64,000 nt of DNA from Candidatus Poribacteria bacterium. Lineage in GTDB: Bacteria; Poribacteria; WGA-4E; WGA-3G. Positions 10,201-19,539 of the stretch are shown in pieces. The position numbers and the translations under genes are program-made. Location of the stretch: the NCBI GenBank assembly GCA_965205025.1, contig CBDBFU010000020.1:302072-366071 (forward strand). The letters run 5' to 3'. The notes beneath the pieces are model-generated. The model did not search any database, was not told the DNA's origin, and was given only the letters and a program-made list of their open reading frames with translations. Every line of letters begins with the position of its first letter. Positions within the stretch are counted from its first letter, which is position 1.

Positions 10201-11481
10201 ATTTTCAATTACAGCCCGTACTTCATCTTCAAATTTTCTCATTCCCTCTGTATGACATCCGATACAGGAGAGTCCATTTCGAACAGCTGGATCATCAGCA
10301 AGAGGATTTGATACGATATCTGTAGGTGCTACATCAAGACGGTTTCCAACAGCATCAACGAGGAAATACGCCTGTAACCCATTCGGTAAATTGAAGATTA
10401 TTTCTCCGCCATCATGTTTAAATGATATAGGATGTTGGAAGATGTTCTGTACTCCGGAACTTCCGGCAAAATCGTAACTTTTCCAATATGCTCCATATTG
10501 AGATTTATGCCGTTCAACAACGCGATTGTGGTTCGATACTCCAGAGTCATTGAATCCTGCACGCCAGACGGAAACTCCCGGTGAGGTTTGGATATTTTCA
10601 GCCACATCAATATCAAGTACGTCCTCCAATTCACGATCAGTCTGGGGTAATCCTAAAATGTCGTTATATAATGGAGGTAATGATGCTGTAGCAAGAAACC
10701 AATCCACATATATATAGGGTATTTGACAATTCATATCATTTCGTAGATTTGTAATTTTATCCAACAGTTCTGTTTGTGTTTCTGGATTAAAATTAATAGT
10801 ATATGGATAGACTGATTCAAGCTGTGACCACCGATTCGGATCATCCTGCCACTTATAATGTCGTAGATCAATATAATAAACAGTATTGTCCGAATCAATT
10901 GGTGTTGGATTGATGATATCTACTTCCCATGAAAGACTGTTTACTAATTTAGAAAGAGCAATTTGATAGTCATATAGTGTCTGATTGTTTTCACCTGAGT
11001 TATAGAGATGGGTTAATGTAAAATATCGTGCATAGGGACGGTCAAACGAGTCTAGTGAATTTAAGTGTTGTTGTATGATATCAAGCATTTGTTCAATGGA
11101 GATGAAATTTTTATCTTCAGAGTGGTTCCAATCAGGTGCTCCTGCAAGAATCCATTGACGAATAGTCTCAATGTCTTTTGTGGGTAACGGTTCACCACCC
11201 TGTGGCATAAGTAAATTACTTTCCTTAGGTACAATTAGTCGTTTGTATAGTTCTGATTCATTAGGATTATTAGGGATAACCGTCATTGTTTCAATGAGGT
11301 TGTTGTATTCAATCAATAAATTATCCTTATATGGACCTTCTTCCCCATGACAAACCGAACAATTTTGTTCTAAAATAGTGTATGCATCTTGTGCAAGACT
11401 CAGTTGTGCTTTAGAATGCTGACAAGTTGAAAAAACAAAATAAAGACAAATTAAAATTATATTATATTTCCGTATTTGCAT
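7237..11481 (-). CDS. Secreted multidomain protein: cytochrome c (2 CxxCH), LRR, jelly-roll, cohesin, dockerin, CTD
   Basis: CSVCH within a planctomycete-type cytochrome c domain (MP.GG.PL...IRQWI.AGAP); CIGCH; (DPIP)n linker; LRRs; cohesin (LAGWQGDL.YN...EGNFL); DINKDGEVDIRD / DVNNDGSIDIID; CTD. Confidence 0.88.
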   Translation of the reverse strand: MQIRKYNIILICLYFVFSTCQHSKAQLSLAQDAYTILEQNCSVCHGEEGPYKDNLLIEYNNLIETMTVIPNNPNESELYKRLIVPKESNLLMPQGGEPLPTKDIETIRQWILAGAPDWNHSEDKNFISIEQMLDIIQQHLNSLDSFDRPYARYFTLTHLYNSGENNQTLYDYQIALSKLVNSLSWEVDIINPTPIDSDNTVYYIDLRHYKWQDDPNRWSQLESVYPYTINFNPETQTELLDKITNLRNDMNCQIPYIYVDWFLATASLPPLYNDILGLPQTDRELEDVLDIDVAENIQTSPGVSVWRAGFNDSGVSNHNRVVERHKSQYGAYWKSYDFAGSSGVQNIFQHPISFKHDGGEIIFNLPNGLQAYFLVDAVGNRLDVAPTDIVSNPLADDPAVRNGLSCIGCHTEGMRKFEDEVRAVIENAENPIYDKAQALRLYPEQAVLNNLLEQDTQKFQQALISIGGPFENEQLKTRFLDNLENEPIQRFHTNFYRSLDVKYAAASVGLETPVFLDKIENNQDLKNIVGTLATGNQRIKRDTWTSVFPDVVDGLYPDLDPIPDPIPDPIPDPDDPIVYIPDLNLRAVIEEILDKPFGARITKEEMKRITRIDADNKEIIYLTGLEYAKNLERIEFRNNSISDLSPLTELTRLNNIKLRGNNITDVTPLANLTNVDWLGLEGNQITDLTPLSGLVKLEGIGISGNPIEDISPLANLTSLNRIDAWQTPISDFSSLKSLPSLNWVEYGNDKRITKLPTLKGLKSLTRLEIHGCSFSDLTTLSEFTQLEWLELINNNIKDLRPLSNLKNLTILNLDANLITDVTPLAELKKLEVLYLENNIITDISSLSGLTNLNRLDVRNNAIKDFSVIEAFSDNTFVRTSGNPAFPIGGPQITGPWLWAIVPGTRLDDITDFLARATGGAATEIKVSTNGATAGKPVGDSVWTWSNISTSGDNINEMTESLGWGTGSEIYDHIVYGATILDSPTEQKTQMFVGSNDSVKVWLNGELVHKAFITRGAGNYDAVFPVTLIQGKNALLVAIDNHGHGSFGGNFGFATDAKYKVFKPNLRFLFDTDTTNFEIGDSFTLNLIVENAKNLAGWQGDLIYNSEVLQVDEVNEGNFLKSEEDTTRFHSGTIDNEIGKVKNINSILISEESVNGKGTLCSIVFSVIGPGESLITLEDFEVGSSHGNPLPNVAPEYLVLVMGDDSTYLPTDINKDGEVDIRDIVMVAQSIGDDVADNPDADVNNDGSIDIIDLVMVAQSLGESVTSAPALLTSDPYKLTTEIIKKWIYEAEAADDGSTVFKQGLQKLNLLLELVVVPEQTALLPAYPNPFNPETWIPYQLSESTQVVLTIYSAYGTKVRTLALGNQSAGLYKSRSRAAYWDGKNEIGEIVASGVYFYTISAGNFTATRKMYLMK
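9755..9812 (-). repeat. 12-bp tandem repeat encoding the (DPIP)n linker
   Basis: GGATCAGGTATR repeated; translates to PDLDPIPDPIPDPIPDPDDP. Confidence 0.8.
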
Positions 11482-11548
11482 GTTAACTCCTAATATATTT
11501 TTATTTATGTAATTGAGATCAGAAATTCATATTTCATATTAGCACTTT

Positions 11549-13579
11549 TCATTTAATAATTAACATCTTTCTTGTAGCAGAATAATTATCTGTAGTTAAC
11601 GTGTAGTAATATATTCCACTTGAAACTCTTTCACCATAAGAGTTTTTCCCGTTCCAATAAGCTGCTTGTGTAGGACTTGTATAGAACCCCGCATCTTTAT
11701 AGCCTAATTCAAGTGTGCGTATTATCATTCCGCCTGTATTATATATAGTTATTGTTACCTCTGTAGGTTTCCCAAGATGGAATGGGATCCATGTTTCGGG
11801 ATTAAATGGGTTTGGATAGTTATTGAGTAATATTGTATTTGCAGGATTTAAAGATGTAAGTAATTCTTGTAGTTTTGCAATACCCTTTAGAAAGGAGATT
11901 GAACCATCATTAATAGTTTGTGCCTTTGCTATCCATGTATTGATCATTAAAGACATTAATTCTTTAGTTGATGTCTTTTTTGAGTATATAATATTAGAGG
12001 GAGCGACTGTTGTATCATCGATATTTTGTGCAATAGCAATAATGTCTAAGATACCGATTGTACCATCCTTATTAATATCTGACTCTGGACTAACAGATGC
12101 ATTCTCTCTTAAATATTGTGCAACATGTAACAAATCTAATATATTCACTTTTCCATCCTGATTTACATCCCATAGACTGTATTCACGGTTCTCTATTGTG
12201 ATTTTTAGATTTGGAAAATTAAGTGGAATACCTGCAAGGATGTTTGAACCAGCCTGTAAACTTGTTAACTTTATTTCTGTTTCTCCAATTTTAATTGCAG
12301 TAAATTTTATAGACAATAACCTTCCTGTACCGGAAACACCACCATCTGAAAATCTTGCAGCACCAAGTTTTATAATCTTACCTGTTATGTTATCAACACT
12401 ATAATCTAGAAAGTAAGATCTCCCACCATCATCTTTTAGGAAATTACCCTCAATTACTTCATCAACTGTCAGATATTCAGGATCATACACCATGTCACAT
12501 AACCATCCTGACAGATCAATGACATTTTCTATATTTAGATGTAACAAGAAGGTATCATGAATTTGTATTGGTTGATTATCTATGCTAAATGAAAGAGACG
12601 GTATATTTCCATTAATAGTGGATTGTTTCTCAACGGTGATGGAAATCTCAGGTAGAATCAATTGAACTGGTTCTAAATCGCTTGTAGTTGCTTTAAAATT
12701 GAGGATTTGTATTTGTGAATTCCCAATTGCCTTAGCCGTAAACATCACTGAAAATAAGTTTCCTGTACCGCTTACGCCACTACTGGAAAGTGTTGCAATT
12801 ATTTTAGTAATATTGCCTATATTATTATCAATAATACCTCCTTGAAAGAAGGGAGAATTTCCTCCCTTTTTTAAGAAATCCCCTAAAACCACCTGATTAG
12901 CTTCAAGTATATTAGGATCGAATGATAATTCACTTTGCCATCCAAATAAATCTGTAGCATCATCTATATTGATATTTAGTGTAAACTGATCACCTTCTAT
13001 AATAGGAACATCATCAATCGTGTAAGATAATTGAGGGTCATTACTTTCGTCTGGCAATTTTTCTTCTATAGTAATGACAATCTCAGGAGGAGTTATGGAT
13101 ATAACATCTAAATTGCTATTAGTTCCTTTAACATTTTCAATTTGTATCTGAGTTTCACCGTTTTCTATTACAGTAAAAACAACTGAAAACAATCTACCAG
13201 TGCCATTAACTCCTACAGTTGAGAGTGCTCCAAGAAGTTTAGTAATTTCACCTGCTTCATTATCAATTTTACCACTCTGAAAGAAAGGTATTTCCCCACC
13301 TTGTTTCAAGAAATCGCCTCCAATGACTTCTACGGCTTCAAGTATTTCTGGATCAAACAGGATCTTACATTGCCAACCTGATAAGTCATCGACATCTTCA
13401 ATGTTGATGTGAAGCGTAAAATTTTCACCAATTTGAAGATTTGCTTCATCCAAAGAGTACGAAAGTTTCGTTGATTCAGTTTGAGCATCAATTGATAGAG
13501 GATATATTAACAAGAAAAATAGATAAATAGGTATTGTGGTAATTATTATCAACTTAGTATTCACTATATATTTTAACAA
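11549..13579 (-). CDS. Scaffoldin-like protein: 3 cohesins, dockerin, CTD
   Basis: Three ~145-aa repeats (F.L.INIE.V.DL.GWQ....FDP.ILEA..V..GDFLK.GG...FFQ.G.IDN..G.IT...GV.GTG.L.S..F.A...G); DVNQDGKVNILD / DINKDGTIGILD; CTD. Start is TTG 13579 or GTG 13564. Confidence 0.85.
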   Translation of the reverse strand: MLKYIVNTKLIIITTIPIYLFFLLIYPLSIDAQTESTKLSYSLDEANLQIGENFTLHINIEDVDDLSGWQCKILFDPEILEAVEVIGGDFLKQGGEIPFFQSGKIDNEAGEITKLLGALSTVGVNGTGRLFSVVFTVIENGETQIQIENVKGTNSNLDVISITPPEIVITIEEKLPDESNDPQLSYTIDDVPIIEGDQFTLNINIDDATDLFGWQSELSFDPNILEANQVVLGDFLKKGGNSPFFQGGIIDNNIGNITKIIATLSSSGVSGTGNLFSVMFTAKAIGNSQIQILNFKATTSDLEPVQLILPEISITVEKQSTINGNIPSLSFSIDNQPIQIHDTFLLHLNIENVIDLSGWLCDMVYDPEYLTVDEVIEGNFLKDDGGRSYFLDYSVDNITGKIIKLGAARFSDGGVSGTGRLLSIKFTAIKIGETEIKLTSLQAGSNILAGIPLNFPNLKITIENREYSLWDVNQDGKVNILDLLHVAQYLRENASVSPESDINKDGTIGILDIIAIAQNIDDTTVAPSNIIYSKKTSTKELMSLMINTWIAKAQTINDGSISFLKGIAKLQELLTSLNPANTILLNNYPNPFNPETWIPFHLGKPTEVTITIYNTGGMIIRTLELGYKDAGFYTSPTQAAYWNGKNSYGERVSSGIYYYTLTTDNYSATRKMLIIK

Positions 13580-13769
13580 CCTTTATTGAGAAAATTAATT
13601 GGTAGTGTTATGGTATGGAATGTCAGATTTCTCCATCTCTCAATCCATCTATATGAGACCATAACAACTGTTCTATTATGTCTTCTATATTCTATCACTT
13701 TTATTCAATTGTCCATAGAATTATTTGTATCGCAATATCGCACGCCAATCAGAAAATTAAAAATAGGAT

Positions 13770-15077
13770 TTAAACCTCGTTACGGACGTCTATTTTACCG
13801 GTCACTGCTTCTGAGATAAGGGATTGTCGGTATTCTTTGAGGAGTTCAACTTTCTGTTGTTCTGCTAATACCAGTTCGTCAATTTGTTTTATTCTTTGGT
13901 CAAGTATGTTTGCGATTTGTTCTTGTTCAGATAACGGGGGATACGGAACAATCATATCCTTGAAATCTTCGAATCTTAATTCCCATTGTCCTGTTCTAAT
14001 TCCATAAGACAACCTTTTATACTCCTGAATATATGAATTAGACCTTAATAAATAATGGAAGTATTTTCCAAAGAAAGATTTCTTAGGTTTGCAAACAGTA
14101 TAAGCCGGACTAACAATTCCTCTATATTCAGAGATTCCCAATGAACCTTGCCAACATTTCATTTTATTAAACACAAAATCCCCTGGTTCAACAAGCTTAT
14201 AATTTGATGTATCTTCAGATATTCTGTTGTGATTATCGTCTCTACTATCTCTCCTAATGACACCATAATCTCTGTAAACTGATAAATTGATTTCCCCAGT
14301 AGTATTCTTTATATGCTTTAATTCAAACAGATTCGTACACCTAATTGTAATCCAATGCTTTGGTAAATCTCCAATCCATTCCACTCCCGATGGTTTCATC
14401 TCTACATGGGGGTCAAGTCCTTTTGTCACTGCATAATTTATGAGTGCTGTGCGTTGTTCTTGTAGGAGTTCTATCTTTCGTTCTTTGATGCGTATGATTT
14501 CGTCAATTTGTTCTGTTTTTTGGTCAAGGAAGTTGGCGATTTGGGTTTGTTCTTGGTAAACCGGTATGGGAATCTGAAAATTCTCAACAAATTCAGTCGG
14601 TACTCGTTTAAGACCAACTGCGCTGGTCATAAAATGTTTGCCAATACTACGAAGTGGATCACTGCGTAAAATATAATACAAAAAAGGGGGAAATACCCGT
14701 TGCAGATCAGGACGAATGACAATAAATTCAGTCGAGCCAAACCCAACTGAGGTCGCCAAATTCTTTATGCGTACAATCTTTCCATTTTCAAAACACGGAG
14801 TTACTTTTGCTATAAGAATATCACCTTCCTCAAAGTAAGTGTAACCATTTTTCAGTTGAGAATAAGGTGACCTTAATTCTTGGTCAATCGTCCCATCAGT
14901 CTGAACCCTTTCCATTGGAAGAAATACTACAGGTTCATCATTAAGATGAGTGGTTTTGGAATTAGTCTTAGAAGGATTACTGGAACCTACTTGTTTAACT
15001 TTTAGAACTTTCCAGTGATTCGGGATCTCTCCAATCCAATCCACACCGCTGTCTTTATATTCAGGGTAACTTTTCAT
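13770..15077 (-). CDS. hsdS: Type I restriction-modification specificity subunit (orphan)
   Basis: YKDSGVDWIGEIP.HW; two TRDs; EQ..IANFLD; L.E.R.ALI..AVTKG; SLISEAVTGKIDV. Confidence 0.93.
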   Translation of the reverse strand: MKSYPEYKDSGVDWIGEIPNHWKVLKVKQVGSSNPSKTNSKTTHLNDEPVVFLPMERVQTDGTIDQELRSPYSQLKNGYTYFEEGDILIAKVTPCFENGKIVRIKNLATSVGFGSTEFIVIRPDLQRVFPPFLYYILRSDPLRSIGKHFMTSAVGLKRVPTEFVENFQIPIPVYQEQTQIANFLDQKTEQIDEIIRIKERKIELLQEQRTALINYAVTKGLDPHVEMKPSGVEWIGDLPKHWITIRCTNLFELKHIKNTTGEINLSVYRDYGVIRRDSRDDNHNRISEDTSNYKLVEPGDFVFNKMKCWQGSLGISEYRGIVSPAYTVCKPKKSFFGKYFHYLLRSNSYIQEYKRLSYGIRTGQWELRFEDFKDMIVPYPPLSEQEQIANILDQRIKQIDELVLAEQQKVELLKEYRQSLISEAVTGKIDVRNEV

Positions 15078-15103
15078 AATTCTAATACCTTTTTGTCTGA
15101 ATC

Positions 15104-15128
15104 TCGGATTACGCGGATTACACGGATA
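15104..15128 (+). repeat. Short 9-bp tandem repeat upstream of hsdS
   Basis: CGGATTACG CGGATTACA CGGATAT. Confidence 0.55.
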
Positions 15129-15129
15129 T

Positions 15130-15600
15130 CACATATTAGATCGGTAGATTTCAACTTGATTACATTGTTAGACTTTGTTTATTTTGGTCTTGAAAATTCT
15201 CTTCAATAACTGATTCATCTGGTTGTTAAAAAGGTATAAAATCAGACATTTAATCCTAATATACAGACAAAAATTAATCCTAAAAACAGACATTTAATCC
15301 TAAATACTGAGACAGTTGATCGAGTTGTTGTTGCATTTCTCTATGCCTCGAAAAAATGAAAAAAGTTACACTTTTTGTCACTCGGTGTGACATTGAAATT
15401 GACACAAATTATACCTATAACGCCTGTCATAGACTGCGTTTACGGCACTATGAATTGATTTTATAAGAATTTCAAAAAAATGTGATTTTGTGTTTTTGTT
15501 GTTCTTACGGATTTTGGTGCTCTCTACCGTTAAAAAGGTATGCTTTTTTGACGTAAATGAAACTTTGTAATTAGGATCGTTTTTATAGATAGTCATAAGT
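15130..15600. repeat. Long degenerate repeat unit R, copy 1
   Basis: Colinear similarity to 18774-19200 (CACATATTAGAT.GGTAGATTTCAACTT...TTGGTCTTGA.AATTCTCTTCAATAACTGA...); contains 3x CAGACATTTAATCCTAA-like units and the 90-bp core at 15357-15446. Confidence 0.85.
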
Positions 15601-15616
15601 TTTAGTTATTGGTATT

Positions 15617-15765
15617 TATAGTAAACTTTAGATTTAATTAGACACTTTACTTGTAGGAGCGACCTCCTGGTCGCGACCGGGAGGTCGCTCCTACAGAAGA
15701 GGTGTGGGACGCGAACGTAAGTTGAGCCAATAGAAAATGTAGTATTCATTTTATTGTTTACTATA
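15617..15765. mobile_element. MITE-like element C enclosing an inverted REP pair (REPIN-like)
   Basis: Ends TATAGTAAAC / GTTTACTATA; internal TGTAGGAGCGACCTCCTGGTCGCGACCGGGAGGTCGCTCCTACA at 15652-15695. Confidence 0.75.
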
Positions 15766-15784
15766 GTTATTTTTCTAACCCGTA

Positions 15785-15922
15785 ATTTATTTTCATTTTG
15801 AGAAAAATTATTACTATGTTTTTCTGTTTTTGTGATATATATCTATGTTAGTTGTTAGAGATGCATGTTTTCTTCATATTTTATTTATGAAAATGTTTGA
15901 TCCGTTTCATTTAATGCTTGTT
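15785..15922. repeat. Degenerate repeat S, copy 1
   Basis: Matches 19938-20082 (TTATTACTATGTTTTTCTGTTTTTGTGATATA...TGTTAGTTGTTAGAGATG...AATGTTTGATCCGTT..ATTTAATGCTTG). Confidence 0.8.
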
Positions 15923-16224
15923 AATGTCATTAACTTTACATACCCTGCAATTGCGCAATTGATTCGGTAGGAAAATCGGATACTCTTTTCGCTTAGATTA
16001 CTATTGTAGGACAATCTTGGTTAGATAGTGGACAAACTTACTAATGACAGTATATTCTATAGTTGAATTACTCGTTGTACCTGTCAGGTATAGACACAAA
16101 ATTTAATTTGATGAGTCATTTTTGCTCTGTTCAGTTTTTTCTAAATCTTCTTTCTTTTTCATTTGTTTCTTAGTGAAGTGTCAACGGTAATTCAGACCAC
16201 AAAACCAGCAAAATTATGACAAGT

Positions 16225-16347
16225 TAGGACTTACGCAAGCACAATGAATTTCATTATTACGAATGCGTCTGCTTTTGAAAAACACACGTATTTACAAAGT
16301 CCTTATGTTTGTAGTCTGGGGATTATCGCTGTCTATGTTAAGTCCTA
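16225..16347. mobile_element. MITE-like element D
   Basis: Imperfect IRs TAGGACTTACGCA / TGTTAAGTCCTA; its terminal CTA supplies the TAG stop of the adjacent gene. Confidence 0.55.
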
Positions 16348-16734
16348 TTTACGCGGACTCCGTAATAGATCGTGTAACACTGGATTGGACGTTATTTCTG
16401 TCGGTGGCAGATTAATGGGGAACACTCCTCCAAAAGAGGCGAAAATTGAACTAAGGATATGAAGAGATGGCATGGAGCCATTGTTTACAATGTCTGAAAG
16501 TAAGGTCGGATCAATGTTAACTTGTTCTGAAATGTTATGAATCCCACCTTGTGCTTCTATTACATTTTTTATTCCCTTTAGAAAAAATGCTTTGTCGCCA
16601 TCATCTAAATATTCTTCAAGAGAAACTTCAAGATATCCGACAACATCTTCTGGATAAGAAAGACGTTCCATTAAAATTTCATGCCATGTTCTAAATCGTT
16701 CCATGGTTATGTTCCTTGTATCTTTGTTCGGCAT
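16345..16734 (-). CDS. Putative addiction-module antitoxin (HI1420-like HTH)
   Basis: L..PE....YL..SLEE...DGD...FL..I.NV.EAQGG...IS......L...G.P.L..L..I pattern. Start is probably MERFRTW (16704). Confidence 0.75.
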   Translation of the reverse strand: MPNKDTRNITMERFRTWHEILMERLSYPEDVVGYLEVSLEEYLDDGDKAFFLKGIKNVIEAQGGIHNISEQVNIDPTLLSDIVNNGSMPSLHILSSIFASFGGVFPINLPPTEITSNPVLHDLLRSPRK

Positions 16735-16764
16735 CTAACGAATATTCTTTTGCTCGTTCAATCT
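16733..16764 (-). pseudogene. Remnant C-terminus of a RelE/HigB-2 (HI1419-like) toxin
   Basis: Minus strand encodes IERAKEY just upstream of the antitoxin, resembling the 'DI.RAKEYW' terminus of this toxin family; the rest of the gene is absent. Confidence 0.45.
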
Positions 16765-16834
16765 TTCCACCAAGTTCTGCCTTCAGCGTGTAGGTGCTAT
16801 GATTATGGTGTTATAACTTTAATTTCCCTTCTAT

Positions 16835-17818
16835 TTATTCAATAAGTGAGACTTTTTCAAGTACCTCTGCAATTTGAGAAATACGTACCATGCCCCCATT
16901 AAGGTTGTTGTCATCCATCAGTTTTCTTAATGGTTCATCAAAATAGCCATTTGCATACGGGGACATTGCGACAGTCTTTATTAATGTTCCTAAATTGACA
17001 TTTATGTTGAGTCCTTCTTTAGGGATGTCTTTCAATATGTTAGTTTTTCCGGCATTGAATAATGAAAAGTCATATTCAAATAGTTTATCATTATAAAAAG
17101 GAATATCTGAAGTGTAAATTCGATCTAAGTATTTATTACATATAGAATCGAATGAAATTACAGCGCGGACTTCGTGTTCGTCGGCATATACATCTCTTTT
17201 ATGTATAATAGGTGCGTAAAATAAATTAAGGACGTTTTCAGGTTTGTTTAAGTCTATTGCCGTAAAGTCCTCATAACCTTCAATATGTTCATTTTCATAA
17301 TCTTTATATTTTACTGTACCTATATGTATGTCGTATTCGGTCAATTCAAAACTATTGATGAGATCGCCGACAGTAGTTTGAATTGCTATTGATGTTGGAC
17401 TTTTATCCCCATATTCTGCCCACATAGAATGACTTTCATTATCACTTAGAAACCAGCAATTGCAAAACATTAGGTGTTTTGAAAATTTTGTTAGTAGTGT
17501 ATCAAATGAATGAATAAGAGATAACATTTGTTTTTTCTCGAGTCCATCTGGATATTCTTCCATATCTTCCTTTCTTCTTCGGAAAACATCATCTTGTTCT
17601 ATAGGTGTATTTTTATCATTTAATAAACTTGTTTTATAGACTTCTGTTCTGGACTTATCTGATAGTTCACCTTCATATTTGTCATTAAATACAGTAATTT
17701 TCGGAAAATAAATTAAGTGTGTTTTGAGCATTGACATGAATTTATCTATATGCATATATCTCCATAAAATTTCTGTATTGGATGGAGTATCAAAGTAGGG
17801 ACTTTCTTGGTAGGGCAT
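16835..17818 (-). CDS. DUF2971-like protein
   Basis: LWRYM...KF, F.D.YEG, NCW...ES.SMW..Y, IAIQTT...L, IG.VKY and KR..Y..E.EVR motifs. Confidence 0.7.
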   Translation of the reverse strand: MPYQESPYFDTPSNTEILWRYMHIDKFMSMLKTHLIYFPKITVFNDKYEGELSDKSRTEVYKTSLLNDKNTPIEQDDVFRRRKEDMEEYPDGLEKKQMLSLIHSFDTLLTKFSKHLMFCNCWFLSDNESHSMWAEYGDKSPTSIAIQTTVGDLINSFELTEYDIHIGTVKYKDYENEHIEGYEDFTAIDLNKPENVLNLFYAPIIHKRDVYADEHEVRAVISFDSICNKYLDRIYTSDIPFYNDKLFEYDFSLFNAGKTNILKDIPKEGLNINVNLGTLIKTVAMSPYANGYFDEPLRKLMDDNNLNGGMVRISQIAEVLEKVSLIE

Positions 17819-17943
17819 TTCGTGTTCTTTTTGATCCTCTAAATAAATTTTGAAAATATGGGCAGTAATGAGAAACCAATATTCATAATTTATTTCCTTT
17901 TACATTTACGGGATGTTATCCTAATTCTCCTAAAGTGTCTTCA

Positions 17944-18288
17944 TTATCGTATTAATTGGTCGTTGAGAGGTGGTTTAAAGTGTTCAACTAATAGTCTTTC
18001 AATATTAGAGCGTGACTCAACGGGGTAAGGCACATAGACAGAAATATAGTTCATTCCATGACTGAGTGCTTCATTCCATTTATGATGACCTGGACCCAAT
18101 CTATCTCTAAGACCGTCAGTTTCACCAATGTATAGAAATCGGTGATTGTTTCCACCTTGTGCATTCGGGATGCCTTTTGAAAATATATAGACCCCTGGCG
18201 CATTGTATTCTGGTCCCTCTAAATCGTAAACAACAAATTGGTATTTCTTGTTACCGTCGGTGACATTCATCGGTCCTATCCGTGCCAT
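17944..18288 (-). CDS. Small GIY-YIG-like nuclease
   Basis: GVYIF...LYIGET..LR.RL...H.K...E..L....KPPLN. Confidence 0.75.
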   Translation of the reverse strand: MARIGPMNVTDGNKKYQFVVYDLEGPEYNAPGVYIFSKGIPNAQGGNNHRFLYIGETDGLRDRLGPGHHKWNEALSHGMNYISVYVPYPVESRSNIERLLVEHFKPPLNDQLIR

Positions 18289-18403
18289 TTTTAGCCTCCT
18301 TTTGCATTAGAGATTGTAATTATTTCATGACTTACGTAGTTTGTGCAGAGAAATGGACATTTATTCCAAAAATCTGATATTTCAGAATTTTTAGCCTTTT
18401 CAA

Positions 18404-18428
18404 CCTCCTAAATCCCCTTATCAAGGGA
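18404..18428 (+). repeat. Degenerate CCCCCTAAATCCCCCTTATCAGGGGG-type palindromic repeat
   Basis: ACCTCCTAAATCCCCTTATCAAGGG; intact copy at 19582-19611. Confidence 0.55.
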
Positions 18429-18438
18429 ACATAAATTT

Positions 18439-18515
18439 TATAGATATAGCACTCCGCTGGAGTGCGAGAACGTACCGATGATGTTTTCTATAGACATAAC
18501 ACTCCGCTGGAGTGC
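18439..18515 (+). repeat. Tandem pair of hairpin repeats (TATAGAYATARCACTCCGCTGGAGTGCG)
   Basis: Two direct copies about 50 bp apart, each with a CACTCC-GCT-GGAGTG stem; REP-like. Confidence 0.7.
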
Positions 18516-18773
18516 GGTATTTTTGTTATGTTCAACATTATCAATGGGTACAAACTCACCTTTTTATGATGGAAGGTTGGTCAACTTACCCACTTAAATT
18601 ATACAATAACTTGCAATATGTATTCAAAGAAAAACACCTATCGAATACAGTATAACACCTCATTCAACAAACCTTCACTATTCCGTTCCAGTATTTTGAT
18701 GCATTTCTGGTATGTAGAGTTTTTGGCATGTATTCCCTATCTTGTGTTTGGAGTACGTGGAATACACAAAGCT

Positions 18774-19200
18774 CACATATTAGATAGGTAGATTTCAACT
18801 TCATTACATTATTAGGCTTTGTTTATTTTGGTCTTGAGAATTCTCTTCAATAACTGAAATTTCTGATTGTTAAAAAGGTATAATAACAGACATTTAATCC
18901 TAAATACTCAGACAGTAGATCGAGTTGTTGCATTACTTGATGCCTCGAAAAACTGAAAAAAGTTACACTTTTTGCCACACAGTGTGACATTGAAATTGGC
19001 ACAAATTACCCCTGTAACGCTTGTCATAGACAGGGTTTATAGCAAGTATAATCTGATTTTATAAAAATTCCAAAAAGCGTGATTTTGTGCTTGTGTTTTC
19101 CATTCTCTTTAAACCGACTATTTATTGCAAAAAGAGGTGTATTTTTTGGATAATTTGATATTTCGTTATGGGTGATAAATTTTTGAATAGTCATTAATTT
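18774..19200. repeat. Long degenerate repeat unit R, copy 2
   Basis: Colinear with 15130-15600; 90-bp core at 18954-19043. Confidence 0.85.
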
Positions 19201-19258
19201 TATAGTTTTTATAGTTTTTTGTAGTTGTTGGTTTAAGTCGCATTTTAGTCAGAAAATA

Positions 19259-19490
19259 TGAAAAAAGTTACACTTTTCGTTACATGGTGTAACTTTGAAA
19301 TTGGTGTAAATTACCCTTGTAACGCCTGTCATAGACTGACTTTATAGCGTTTTAAATTAAAATATTAAAAAATTCTAAATTTGTCCTTTTCTTTTCGTTG
19401 TCCTTGTTCAGTATGATATTTCATATAGGCGAATTTAGATGTATTCTTAGGAATCTTTGTTGTTTGGTTATGTGTGTAAATTTTATGAGA
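19259..19490. repeat. Repeat unit R, partial copy 3 (tandem to copy 2)
   Basis: 90-bp core at 19259-19348 aligns without gaps to the cores of copies 1 and 2. Confidence 0.75.
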
Positions 19491-19539
19491 TGTCTGCGGT
19501 AACAGAGAAGGATTAGACGACTTAGTAAAAAAATACATA

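Noticed and set aside
15378-15596. 72-aa ORF in repeat R copy 1
   Set aside because: The equivalent frame is disrupted in copies 2 and 3, so it is not called as a CDS, although a decayed gene family cannot be excluded.
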